Shown here piece by piece: positions 20,344 through 32,346 of a stretch of 64,000 nucleotides of DNA. How positions within the stretch are numbered: the first letter of the stretch is position 1; every line of letters begins with the position of its first letter. Source of the DNA: Macrostomum lignano (lineage: Eukaryota); NCBI GenBank assembly GCA_002269645.1, contig NIVC01000986.1, positions 310,001 through 374,000 of the forward strand. Direction: 5' to 3'. Under the pieces are notes generated by a model that saw only the letters and a program-made list of their open reading frames with translations, was not told the DNA's origin and made no database searches. A program made the position numbers and the translations under genes.

Positions 20344-22310
20344 AAATTGATATGAATCCTTCAGTCTTATTTTACCTTCACTGGAACTATCCTGTTTAAT
20401 ATCAACACACTTAAACTTCTCCTTGTTCTCTGCGATGCAATCAAGGTGTATGTCTGGAATCATGCCGATTTTTTCAACTATAGAAAAATAACAAAAATAT
20501 GACAAATCTGACAAAATATCGTTAGATCCTGAATGTTCGATTTTAGCTTTAGATTACAGGTGTTATGCGCTGCACCTCTTAATTTCCCAGTAAAGTGGCA
20601 GTGGTCTCTAACGGTCGGCTTTTTAATATCAGTGCAAGTTAACTGTTTCCTGCAGATGTGGCAATGAGTTGCTGATAGGAAATTGCTTTCATCCTCCTCA
20701 GTCATCATTATTGGAACAGGTTGAAGGGTGCTAATCACTTTTTGCAACTCTAACATTCTGGCAATAAACTGCTCCACACACTGCTCTCCAAAGAAATAAT
20801 TATACTCAACAAGTCCTTTTGTATTAATAAAGGCATATGCTACTGAATTGGGGATATGTTTTTGAGTTTCCGGCACGATTGAGCATTCGAAATCAGCATA
20901 TACAACAAATGGGAGCTTCTCCATCTTGTGATAGTTCTTAAACCGGATATACTTCTCTTCAGCTGAAGGAAGAGAGCAGTTGGTAGGGTGATCCTCACAT
21001 GATAATTCATGCTCTGCTAGTTTTTCAAAGCGCTCAGGTCCACTGTAATGCTTAAGGCACAAGCGGCAGATGGCAACAGCCTCGTGATGATTATTCAACT
21101 GATTGTGAATGAGTCTTGAAAGATCTTTAATCCAAACATAGTGAGCCTCCTCTAGTAAATTACCAATCACTAGAAGATCCAATTCAGTCCGCCTTTTCCC
21201 CTCAGGATCTAAAACGTCTTTGCTACATCTGACCGGTTGAACTTTCTCAGTTTTTTCACTCCACTCAAAGACTGTGATTCTAATTTTGTTATTAAACACT
21301 TCTTCTAGCTTTGGGATCTGAGAGATCGCCAAGCCTCCTTTGTCAAACCTGATTCCCTTCTTTTCGCATTCGATGAGATAGTAGTTGAAATAATTTTGAT
21401 AATTTGAGGTTCTTTCGGGGTGGTGAGGGACACTATCATGAAGAAGTGCAGAAAGAACTGCCCATAGAGCACAGCAATTGTCTTTATTTTTAACATTTAT
21501 GCAAGCTTTTTTGCCGGCTAGCTTTTGTGGGAGCTCTATATAAGAGGAGGCTTTAAGTGGGTCATATTTCATAACCATGACAGTTGCTCTTTGAATCCCT
21601 CCCACAACCCATCCGAAACCTCTGAATGTAAACGCTTCAATTTTCTTAGTGACATCTTGAAGGAAAGGATCCAGTGTGTCTGTAGGGGTGAATGGCTTTG
21701 CCTTTGTTGTCATGTAATACTAGAGATGCTCAGTGGGTTTTGCAGGCATATAAAACGCAATCTTGAATGATATCTGTAGTTTAAAAGTCTTGCGTGTTTT
21801 GAGTGTGTGATCAACAACTGATTGGATGCTGTCTTTATAGTCGTAGATGTTTGCGGTGGTGCCGTTGGTGTCGTTAATTTGGTTGGTGCCGTTGGTGTTG
21901 TCAATTGGGATTGTGTACTCTATGTAATGTTCTGTAAACTTCCTCTGTGCAAAATTAATCTCTTCAATGGCAAGCTCCGACTCTTTTAAATGGATTAATT
22001 GCTCTAATTTCTCTTGTTCCTGCTTACTTTGTGGGTACTTTGCTTTTTCGCCAGTGAGAGTTTCGTATTTGTTAACTAAGTTGCGACTCCTCTCTTGGTG
22101 TTCCTTTGCAGGACTTTTTATAGGCGCATACTGGTTGGATTCTAATTGATTGATGATTTCCAACTGTTTTTCATAGCTTCCCAGGTGACCAGGGTCGGTG
22201 TTAAACGTTTGTTTACATGCTTCTCTTAGTAAATTACTTTTGTCTTGAAATGAGACGCCTTTTGAAAAATATTTGTTGACTAAATCTTTTGCTGGATTAG
22301 CTTTTGGCAT
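20344..22310 (-). pseudogene. polB: pPolB, N-terminal half (premature TAG at 21720, frameshift at about 20500, 3' half deleted)
   Basis: SSYIELP..L..KKACINVKN, HYVWIKDLSRL, VYADFE (Exo I), CHIC...VRDHCHFTGKLRGAAHNTCNL, IRLKDSYQF. ORFs 21720-22310 and 20478-21713 are in frame across one stop. Confidence 0.9.
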
Positions 22311-22436
22311 TTTTTACTCTAAAATAAAAAACATTTTTGAGGGTGACCTCACAATGATAGAAAAGTTGAACTGTTTCTACATCCTATAAGTAGCGTTAGG
22401 ATTATGAAGCTGGATAAAGTGGGGTTTTAAACCTCA

Positions 22437-22895
22437 TCACATCCGCATTATTGTAAACCCAGCATTGTGCAGTGTCATGATGGCTTTGACAATGTCAGAC
22501 TTGCTTACAGAATTTTCATGCTCACAATCATCACGATCGGGGCAGCCCTCAGGGCAGCCCTCTCCTGCCTTAATTGTTTTACCTTTGTCTCTTGCAATCT
22601 TTTGCAATTCAAGCTGGTGGGCTCTATCATTCCCAGCTTTAACAGCAGTTGCTACACCTCCAGCTACACCACCTGCGGCACTTACAGCGCCTGCAATGAT
22701 CGGAATAAGAGCTGCTAATGGTAGGATTCCTCCTGACTTTTCATCTGTGATGCTGTGTCTTTGCTCATTGCACTGAACTATTTGCTGTGTGGGATCGATT
22801 TTTACTTTGACACCTTTAATTGATATAAGACCTGGTTTCTTTGATTCAATGATTTTATTGAGTTTATTGATGGTTCTGGTTTCGGTCTTTGTCAT
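22437..22895 (-). CDS. Adenovirus pX-like hydrophobic/amphipathic virion precursor
   Basis: SGG-ILPLAALIPIIAGAVSAAGGVAGG resembles adenoviral pX GGFLPALIPIIAAAIGA. Confidence 0.68.
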   Translation of the reverse strand: MTKTETRTINKLNKIIESKKPGLISIKGVKVKIDPTQQIVQCNEQRHSITDEKSGGILPLAALIPIIAGAVSAAGGVAGGVATAVKAGNDRAHQLELQKIARDKGKTIKAGEGCPEGCPDRDDCEHENSVSKSDIVKAIMTLHNAGFTIMRM

Positions 22896-22919
22896 TTTTT
22901 ATTTTAATATTTGAATTAA

Positions 22920-23936
22920 TTTCTGTGTCAGCTGGTATCACTAGGAGTTCAGCTCTAGTGAATCACCGTGTGGGGGATTTAGGGTTAAAGGCTTGAGATA
23001 AAAGGTAATAGTCTCCGGAGTCCGAGGTAAAATGTCTGTCTATTTTATGTACATCAAGGCTGAAGTATGGATCTGTAGCTCTTATTTTGATGTCTTTCTC
23101 TAGCTCTCCAGGTAGATATAAAAAGCGTAGAAGCTCAGAGTTTGTCAGTATGTATGGTGATTCAACTCCTGGAAGCTTAGGGTAGTTTGAGGTGTGTTTT
23201 GGGTCGTGCGTGTTGTGTGTGTTGTCTGTTCTATGAGATGCCTTAAGTTCGACAGTGTCTTGTTTAATTGCATAGGACGGTTTCAATCCAGTCATGCGTG
23301 TGACTTCATTGTTCAGTTGCTCTATAACAGTGGGGAGTCTTTCTGTTTACTTGGTATAGTATTGGCCACTTTTTAGTTTCAGCTCTTCAGCTGTCTGCTC
23401 AGTGAATAGCCTCTTGGCTAGAGTTAGATTGAATCTTTCCACAAAAGCCTGGTCCTGTGGAGCTCAGTTCTTCCGTAGCGAATCTCTGTATTTTTCTTTT
23501 CCATAAGGGATTTGACTGCCCCATAGAATTCTTTACCCGGGTCGGTCATAAAGATTTGGGGGTATGTGAGCGGAGAGTTTTTATAAATATCTTGGAGGGC
23601 GGCTGCAACTGCTTCTGACTTCTTCGTCTTAAGCTGTCTCGCTTCCTTATATCTGGAGGCAACGTCTGTAATTGTGAGAGCAAACTTGTAGCCCGAGTCA
23701 TTGGGGAGAAACAGAAGATCTGCTTGGTGCGCCTCATTAGATTTATAAATACTGAAATGGGGCCTTTCAAATTTTACTGGTGGGAAATAGACTTGAAAGA
23801 CAGCCTGCTTAGAGAGCCACTTTTCTACTGTAGCTTTTGCTTCCTTACTTAGTTCTGTGAGTTTGGTGACTGCATTTTTTCCTACAAAGAATCCTTTGTC
23901 GCTGTAGTTGAGTTTTTTAAGTTTCTGATCTGTCAT
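22920..23936 (-). pseudogene. int: Maverick B integrase with two frameshifts and a premature stop
   Basis: HQADLLFLP, MTDPGKEF, then in shifted frames QAFVERFN, LNNEVTRMTG, LYLPGELE...RATDP, and FTRAELLVIP after the TGA at 22963. Confidence 0.88.
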
Positions 23937-24421
23937 TTTTGTTGTGCAATCGCGCCCTTTCTCGCCCTCCTGGCCCCGCCCCAACCCTCCAGTCTGCCCC
24001 ACCCCTCCAATCAATAATCAACACGCGTACGCCGATCACGCCACCCCGCCCCACCTCCCCTGCTGTACCGTACATTTGTTCTTAAGGTATATTCATGTAC
24101 GCGTAGGACCAATGAAAAATATATAGTCGCTGTCTGGAGGGCAGACTCCTCCCTTGCGCGCGTTGGTCCGCCTCCGTTGGCTATTGACTAAAACGACTCG
24201 TCGATCTACCATAAAAAGTGCACGGCGAACTGCATCGGCTACGGTGTGTAAGTTCGTGTTCGCGAGTTACTGTCCTTTTTCTGCTTCTTCCTAGGGCGCG
24301 GGACGGGAGCTCTGACTGGGGACCTGGGGGTCGCAGCTTCCCGACAGGTTAAAGCTGTAGGCGTTGCTCCGGAGGACGGGGCTCACAACGTTTTTTTTAA
24401 AATAAAATTTAAAATAAAATA

Positions 24422-24776
24422 ATGCAACGCTCTGGTGGTAAGTTAGATTCACATGGACTGATAGAAAAGCTTCCTCATCCAAACAAAGGCTGGACACTTC
24501 CCGGCTATAAATATTGTGGCCTTTGAATCTACTTGAAATACAGTTTGATAAAAACAATAATCCAAATCCTGGCATGAGCCATGAACGAGCTAGACTCTGT
24601 CTGCATGTGGCACGACGTTAAGTATAGGGATTTTCCAGAGGAGAAGAATCGCTGGGACAAATAAATGCTTAGGAGACTAGACAATATAGGAGCTTCAAGC
24701 GGATTTCGCGAGTCTATTGCTAGGAAATTAGTCAAGGCGGTTATTTTTGGTAAGACAAAACTGGGGTTGGGAATCA
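24422..24776 (+). pseudogene. Parvovirus-type phospholipase A2 (PLA2-like), intron-less, frameshifted
   Basis: GGKLDSHGLIEKLP...TLPGYKYCG, NELDSVCMWHDVKY, KLGLGI; several indels and a TAA. Confidence 0.78.
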
Positions 24777-26269
24777 GCGCTGAGGGTGGGTGCACAGGGA
24801 GAGAGGGCTGGTGCATGGGGTGCTCGGGAGCAGGGTTTATTTTGTGCGCTCCAAACGAGGAACTAGGAAGACTGCTGAAAGAGCTGGGGGTAGAGAGGGG
24901 CGCTTGAGTCGGGAAGGGTTTATCTATTATTCTCAGCCCTAGCCAAACGCAACAGCTGTATTTTGAAAAGGGGTGGGGTAACTGCTATTTGCTGAGGGAG
25001 CGCAGCCCTGTTCCACACGTGCATTCCTTTCCGCTTTGACAACTGGAGGGAAGGAAGCGGGTGGAGGGAATCGATCGCTCGGAAGCTAGTTAAAGCAAGC
25101 AAAAAATTCAGCTCATTTTGCTCGCTCACGTTTTTCGTCACGCACGATACTGCACCGTTGTGGCTGCTGATTTCATTATGTTGTAAGTTTATTCATTTTT
25201 TACTTACTGAAATTCTATCCTGTGTTAACAATTGAAAAATCTCTTATTTTAATTAAACCTTTGTTTTTAGTTCACAAAAACTTACGTTCTACTCGACCGA
25301 CCTAGAAAATCTCCACGGTCGCCTTGTTGAAGGATTAGATGCCGACGAACAGGCATCAGAGCGAATTCAAGAAGTTCTCCACAATTTCTTCAATGAAAAA
25401 GTTGAGAACCAGCGAATTCGTTCAAGAGCGGCCGAGGAGACCCAGGTTTGCAACTATGCCATGAGAACCGAAATGATGTTTGACGAACTTCGCCGATCAT
25501 TTGTTGCTGATGAAGATACACTTCTTAGTTATCAACAAATGAGGAACTTTGTTGCCCAATTCCAAATGGATTCGGTCGATTCTTATCGTACGCACCATAC
25601 GGAGTAACGGAGCAACAGGTGGATGGAAAGTCTGTTGCCGCGGCTTTCTGTATGGGGCTTATATATAAGAAGGCAAAATCCAGACGGCGGGCATCAAATC
25701 GAAGGGTTGCGGAAACTTTTGGTGTGAACGAACATGAGGTGCAGAAGAAGCCCAAAATTCTTGAACTTCTGACGTCGCTGCCTCGGTTGCAACACTGTAA
25801 AGTCAAAGTTTCCTTCTTGTTGGATAAAGCTACTCTCATTTTAAGTGAGTACCGCTACCAACGCGACGCAAATATTTGGACTGACCCAACAGTTCCGCAA
25901 GCCAATCAAATGCCAGAAGGTGCTCATGGTAACGTTGTTATCCCTGGAGCGGCAAATGTGGCAGCAGCTGGTGGAACCGAGGATATTCAGGAGGGTTAAA
26001 GACACAATACGCTCTCATTTACCCAGTAAGTATAAATCTAAATTAACCCTGGAAGAACTTTGCCCTATACAATTTGCTGTACACGAAATGAGCGGGAGGA
26101 AAATCAATATTCTTCGGATCCAGAAGAATATTGATTTTAGATTTTGCGAGGATCTGCTCGTATACCCAGAAGTATAAATCTATATCAACCCTGGAAGAAC
26201 TCTGGCCTAGCTGGACTGGAAAAATGAAAAAGAAATAAAAAGAAATTTCTTTACTGGCTGTGGCTTTAC

Positions 26270-26407
26270 TTTTCTGATTCTGTCGGGGATAATATGGATG
26301 GATTTAATGGGATTATGGAGGACGTTTTGTGAGCGAGTGCGACCCCCCTTTTTTTCTGATTCTGTCAGGGATAATATGGATGGATTTAATGGGATTATGG
26401 AGGACGT
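26270..26407. repeat. 56-bp direct duplication
   Basis: TTTTCTGATTCTGTC(G/A)GGGATAATATGGATGGATTTAATGGGATTATGGAGGACGT at 26270-26325 and 26352-26407. Confidence 0.9.
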
Positions 26408-26522
26408 GAAAAATTTTGTCCCAAAAGCCCCCTCATGCCTTCTACTTAAGAAAGTGAGAACGCAAACTCAAAGGCCCCAGAGAAAAACACGTATATCCAT
26501 GTAGTTCTGAGAAATGGCTGGC

Positions 26523-26784
26523 GACTGCTTGATACTGTTTTGCAGTATGCCAGGGTTCGTACAACCCTCTTATTAACGCTGGGCTAGTGCTCAGCGTTAA
26601 GATTTTAGCAGAGACCTCGTCAACTGGTAGTTGCAGATTAAGCATTCGATTCGGGATCGAGAACAGAGAACTCCCAAATGGCTTAGTACATCCCCTAATA
26701 CGGGGCTAGCAACACCACATCGCACAGCGATCTATTAACAGTCCTTGTAGTCACCACAGTATAACAGGTTTATTTTCCTGTTAT
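26523..26784. other. Unidentified multi-hairpin region, candidate structured RNA
   Basis: Eight consecutive stem-loops read directly from the sequence plus a long-range GACTG/CAGTC match. Confidence 0.45.
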
Positions 26785-27079
26785 CTTCTGCTCACATGAC
26801 AGAAAGCTTTTCAAACACACTGGCCTCTAAAGACCCTAGCTATTATGACTGTGAGGCTTACATCTTAGAATTCGCAGTACCGAATATTATTCGAAGCAGT
26901 GTATTTTATAGTAAACGAGAACGCACAGGCAAAATGCAACGCAATGCACAGTTTGAGTGGGGTGACTTAGCGCTTACACAGTTTCTCTCCGTATCGTTGT
27001 TAAGCAACAATAACACCCCCCTCAATGCATTTGCTGAGAGTGCTTTGAATTACGCGACAGGCTGCTGATTTGGCCCTGT

Positions 27080-27274
27080 AACTAAAATTACTGCTATTGA
27101 GGATAAATTTTACATTTTGACCGAAATGAAGCGGGGATAAGCGGAGCGAATTGAGCGTAGTGAAGACGAGCGATAATGTAGTGAAAAAAAGTAAAATTTA
27201 TTCTTAATAGCAGTAATTTTAGTTTGTTTCTGAAAACGTTGTTTGCTGGCAATTTTGTATGGTATATTACTACT
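27080..27274. repeat. Maverick-type right terminal hairpin unit, partial copy
   Basis: Ends GTATATTACTACT; shares the GAGCG-rich core and TTTGCTGGCAATTTTGTA with the Maverick C TIRs. Confidence 0.82.
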
Positions 27275-27490
27275 GACAGAATCTCCAATGAAACTTACAG
27301 AATCTCCAATGACACTGACAGAATCTCCAATGACACTGACAGAATCTCCAATGACACTGACAGAATCTCCAATGACACTGACAGAATCTCCAATGACACT
27401 GACAGAATCTCCAATGACACTGACAGAATCTCCAATGACACTGAGAGATTCTCCAATGACACTGAGAGATTCTCCAATGACACTGACAGA
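27272..27490. repeat. 21-bp minisatellite (10 units plus 9 bp)
   Basis: Unit ACTGACAGAATCTCCAATGAC; produces spurious LTESPMT and DTDRISN ORFs. Confidence 0.95.
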
Positions 27491-27750
27491 AGTAATATAT
27501 CATACAAAATTGCGAGCAAACAACCGCAAACCAGTAGAGCGAAATTTCAGAAACGAATGTAGAGTTACTGCTATTGAGGATAAATTTTACATTTTGACCG
27601 AAATGAAGCGAGGATGAGCGGAGCGAATTGAGCGTAGTGAAGACGAGCGATAATGTAGTGAAAAATGTAAAATTTATCCTCAATAGCAGTAATTTTAGTT
27701 TGTTTCTGAAAACATTGTTTGCTGGCAATTTTGTATGGTATATTACTACT
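27491..27750. mobile_element. 260-bp palindromic mini-Maverick or isolated terminal unit
   Basis: Starts AGTAATATATCATACAAAATTGCGAGCAAAC, ends GTTTGCTGGCAATTTTGTATGGTATATTACTACT; internal perfect 31-bp inverted repeat (27565-27595 and 27662-27692). No matching TSD. Confidence 0.65.
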
Positions 27751-29035
27751 CCCCACCTCATTTTCGATTTCTAAATCCGCCTCTGCCTACAAACGCTTGA
27801 AGAATGGATTCCCTGACGCCATGAATAGGCCTCCGGAGACGCTGCTCAGCATCGAGAGTGAGTTTCAACCCATGGCTAACTTTCGCTGCACAAAAAAACC
27901 CATCATGGGCTACAAAGGCGATGAAAAAACTTGGGAGCCAGATTTAACCCGAATCATCTTAAAGATTGCCCAGCAGATACCAGACGTAAGAGGTCCGAAC
28001 GCCTATAAATACAAGTGGTCCGGAACGGACCCGGAGCCAACAATTTCTCCTCGGGAAAAGAGGTCCGAAGAGGAAGACACAGTCGGACTTCCTGGACCAA
28101 GACTCGGTCGATTGTTGCGGTAAGCCTTCCTTATTTGCGCCGTTGTTGTTAGAGACGTCTCGCTTAAGTCCAGTGTGACTTGAGTTTAGTTTGAGTCTGT
28201 TGAGACTCTTGAGTCTGTTTAGACTCCACTGGTTGCAGTCTCCAGAAGGACTGCCCCTGATAGATCTTAGAAGACTATCAGTGGTTTCCGGAGCTATTCC
28301 TAGAGTGCAAAGAGGCACTGCTAGAAGAAGGAGGCTTAATTAAGACTGCAGTTAGGCGCAGGGTACCCATTGTAATTGGAAGCTTCCCATTGGTCCGAAC
28401 GACAGATTCCGGCCGGAACTACTTCTACAGAAGAAAACAAAGGAACTCGGACCTGATCTACATCTGAAGACGTATAGAAGTCTACGAGATCTATTGAGAG
28501 ATCTACAGTTGAGAACTACACAAGAGAGATCAACGCAAGGAAGAGAACAACTCAATCGGGATTAAAGGTAATTAAATACCTTCTGTTGACTTACTGGGTT
28601 GCCTAGCTACAGAGCTAGAAGTAACTGTTCCTTGATTACAGTTGAGGACTGGTAATAAGAAACACATCAAAATATGAATCATATTGCGACTTATGATGAA
28701 AGAGAAATCATGTTACTATTAATATACCGAAAACTTGCTGATAAATACAAATCAAAATCCGAGCTGAAATCTCAGACTCAGAGCAGCCTCAAAACATCTC
28801 GAGCTTTGCTAGAGCAGCAGAGCGAGGCTATATCTCTGAGGGAGATAAATACCAATTGGTAAGCCTTTGTTCAAGTCTTCGTTGTTTGATTATTGAGAGC
28901 TTTGCTATTGCCGGCCGCTACTAATCAGTTGAGTTACTGAGTCTATTGAGTTTGAGGCCTTCCGTTTCCTAAGGGATTGGATAGGATCTGCGGACCGATT
29001 CCGATACCCTTAGAGGATTATTGATTGATTGATTT

Positions 29036-30855
29036 TGTTACCCTAGAGTAACCGATAGGAACACACGACTCCGATTCCGTTATTTCTAGAAGACGCCCTT
29101 TCTGGAGGACTTCGATATTGTTATAGAGTTGATTTTGTGTTAGGGCGCATCTTGATATTGATTTCCGCACTCGAGGAAGACTGCGACGTCGACGGATTAA
29201 ATTGTTACGCTCTCACTTTCGGCCGATTCTAGAACCCAAGAAGACTACTCCAGAGGAAGTCGCTTGAAGAAACAAGCTCGGAGAACCTGCCCAACAAAGA
29301 AGAGGAGCCCGAAACAGTAAGTGACCACTGAATTTTGTTCCCAGGTTTACCGTCTGGAAGTGGAAGTTTTTGGGTGACTGATCACCACCCGATAAAACTC
29401 TTCATACCAAAGACCCACGTGCCAGTATGGGCATAGGGTGTGCTTCCCATGCAAGGACACGGGCCTTATAAAAAAGTAACCACTTTGCAGGGACCCGTTA
29501 ATAAGCTGCAGCCTCTGCGGAGACGACTCGCAGGTGAAGCTGTGCAGCTCCCGACACTGAAGTTGCTTCACCTGCCTGCAGAGGCTCGCACGACGGAGCA
29601 TCCACCACTGCCCCACCTGCTTGGAGCCACTGGAACAAGCGACGGCCGATCTAAACCGACTGATGCTGGAACAGCCGGAACTGTGCCTCAAGAAATTGGA
29701 GGACCTGACGGTGCAAGAGATAGCCTCCAACGTGCAAGACTGGCCGGCGCTTTCAGAAACCAAAATTTCACAAACCCGAAATTTCATATTTTCAAAAATC
29801 CACGCGACCTATTGCATAATACCGAAATTTCACAACCCCGAGATCTCATTTGACATCTACCAGTCTGCACGAGGCGCGGCGACAGCTCCTGGCCGTCGGA
29901 CGACGGTGCACCCTGGCCGACCATCAAATGACACCGGAGGAGGTGTACTACCACCTCTTAGAGGCAACGAAAGATACAAGCTTCATGCCTCTGCAACACC
30001 TAACAGTGTTAACGACAAGCGTGCAACGACTGTTCCAGCGGTTTTTTTAATGAAAATCTTTATTTATCCATTTTAACACTAAAAGCTGACTGCATAAAAA
30101 TACACTTGTTATATGAACCTTATTATACTACTCACTACATTACCTTCTGACAAATTGTTTAAATTTGTAATTGAGAAATTACCTCTTGTAAAAAGGAAGA
30201 TATTGCAGAGAATCTCCAAAATACAGTACAAGCAGACTACTAGCAGTAGTAAGATAAAAATGCGCAAAACCCAAAAATTTAAATTCCGCGTGGTCACACT
30301 CTATTTTACTAACATCACGAAAACAGTGAATGGCTATTTCGCAACATTTAATTTTTGAACTACCAAATATGGTAAATGATATCCAAACTTTATTTATTCG
30401 CTAAAATCCTATTCAACTTTCAAAGGGTCCAATTCCTATTTCGTGAACTCTGAAGAGTTGATTCGGGAGGTGATCAGTCTCCCGAAAACTCCCACTTCCA
30501 GACACCTAAGCCTGGGAACAAAATAAAGTGATCACTTACTGTCGCGGGCTCCTCTTCTGTGTCGTGCAGGTTCTCCGAGCTCGTTTCTTCAATTCTTCTT
30601 CTTCTTCTCCGGAGGAATCTTCTTGGAGACTCGAATCGGCCGAATGAGAGCGTGACGATCAAATCAGGCGACGTCGCAGTATTTCTTGAATGCAAATCAA
30701 TATAGGCCCTAAGCTCAGTAATCAATATCAATGATTCGCCCTTATAATAAAATCATCTTTCTGTAATAATCACGAGGACCTCCAAGAGGGGCGTCTTCTT
30801 CTAGATCTAACGGAATCGGAGTCGTGTGCTCCTATCGGTTAATCAAGGATAACCA
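29036..30855. repeat. Diverged inverted duplication (about 29036-29405 vs about 30460-30855)
   Basis: Shared blocks AACCGATAGGA(A/G)CACACGACTCCGATTCCGTTA and GCTCGGAGAACCTGC...GTAAGTG...TTTTGTTCCCAG...CTGGAAGTGG in opposite orientation. Confidence 0.82.
29420..29700 (+). pseudogene. RING-finger-like pseudogene
   Basis: One frame reads CQYGHRVCFPC...*PLCR...CSLC...KLCSSRH*SCFTC...CPTC and continues into ORF 29621-30076; contains stop codons. Confidence 0.5.
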
Positions 30856-31421
30856 AAATGTGAAGGGTGACCAAGGGTGAAAAAACGGAACTTTTTACTA
30901 TAGACTACAGTGTATTTGTCCTCTGTGTAATTAAATAGGATTTGGCTAACACTACGCTCGTATCATCACTCCTGCTAATAATACACTGAAAATTCATTGT
31001 TATACGATCGTATGGCCTAGCAATGATATATTCTTGTGCAATCAGGGTGCATGATGGTATACATAACACGACTCGCGCCTAAGGCGCTCATCCCGACTGC
31101 AGATGAGTCATTGGCTAGTGTTTCCCCATAACGAGCGTAGGCTGCCTTTGGTCTAGAATTTTATAATGAAGTCATCAGGCCATGGAAAGATACCATAGAC
31201 GGTAGACGAAACGCATTAATATTTATTTTCGCTTCAAACCTACACGAATACTGGAAGCAAACGCATAAGGAGGAAATAAGACTCTTTGTTGGCTTCCCTA
31301 CCACATCAATAGAGTTATCGGTTGCACTGACACAACAACCTCTTGCAGACTGAGTATTGCTCGGTGCTAATTGATAAATTGAAATAAAAAATAATTTGTC
31401 TCTAGCTCCCCCTCCCCCCTC

Positions 31422-31455
<34 letters not shown>

Positions 31456-31472
31456 CACTACTACTACTACTA

Positions 31473-31562
<90 letters not shown>

Positions 31563-31682
31563 TTACTACTACTAGTACTACTACTACTACTACTACTACC
31601 ACTACTACTACTACTACTACTACCACTACTACTATTACTACTACTACTACTACTAGTACTACTACTACTACTACTAGTACTA

Positions 31683-31722
<40 letters not shown>

Positions 31723-31741
31723 CACTACTACTACTACTACT

Positions 31742-31821
<80 letters not shown>

Positions 31822-31840
31822 AACTACTACTACTACTACT

Positions 31841-31902
<62 letters not shown>

Positions 31903-31939
31903 TACTACTACTACTACCACTACTACTACTACTGCTACT
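31422..31939. repeat. (CTA)n/(TAG)n microsatellite
   Basis: About 520 bp of CTA units with occasional CCA, TTA and GTA variants. Confidence 0.98.
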
Positions 31940-32346
31940 TATGATAACGGCTAGTTGGATATAGATGTTATAGGCATAGCACAATAACTACTGTAGTTAC
32001 TAGTAGTACTGGTAGTACTGGTAATACTTAGACAAGCCACCTAGCATAGTTATTATACGCGCTACGTAATTAACCTAAATAATTTTATAGAATATGTCTG
32101 TCTAGTATCAAGCTAATACGATTGGCATATTTTTGATTGACAAATGGCAATATAGCTAGCTAAATAATAACAAAAACATTTTTGTTACGACTCGAAACTG
32201 ACTCGCTCGAAAGCGAGCCAAAGTCAAGCAATCATTGAACAGATAAAAGTAGCTTTGGATGCGAGACTTACCTTAATGCCTTTTTGCTGAAATAAAATTT
32301 AGACTTACTGGATGCGTATCGTGATAGGCCGGAAAATGTGGACGTT

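Larger units (their letters stand above)
20344..24776. mobile_element. Decayed Maverick B remnant (pPolB 5' half, pX-like, integrase, PLA2)
   Basis: Cluster of disrupted Maverick genes; no terminus identified with certainty. Confidence 0.82.

Noticed and set aside
24294-24398. VA-RNA-like Pol III transcript (GC-rich, GGAGC/GCTCC stem, T8 run)
   Set aside because: A and B boxes are poor. A TATA-like site at about 24210 and a possible 47-nt GT-AG intron (24248-24294) fit a Pol II 5' UTR of the PLA2 gene better.
25270-25999. Possible exon and HTH-like ORF (RRVAETFGVNEHEV)
   Set aside because: Frames are broken and no family was recognised; too weak to annotate.
27224-27761. ORFs with LTESPMT, DTDRISN or CQCHWRF repeats
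   Set aside because: Translations of the 21-bp minisatellite.
29380-29560. Alternative genetic code suggested by several in-frame stops in the RING-like frame
   Set aside because: The paralogous arm has sense codons at these sites, and genes elsewhere end normally at TAA, TAG or TGA.
31095-31215. Hammerhead-like words (GATGAGTC...GACGAAAC; CTGATGA on the minus strand)
   Set aside because: Stems I-III could not be closed in a valid order on either strand.
31367-31984. Poly-Ser and poly-Val ORFs
   Set aside because: Translations of the (CTA)n microsatellite.
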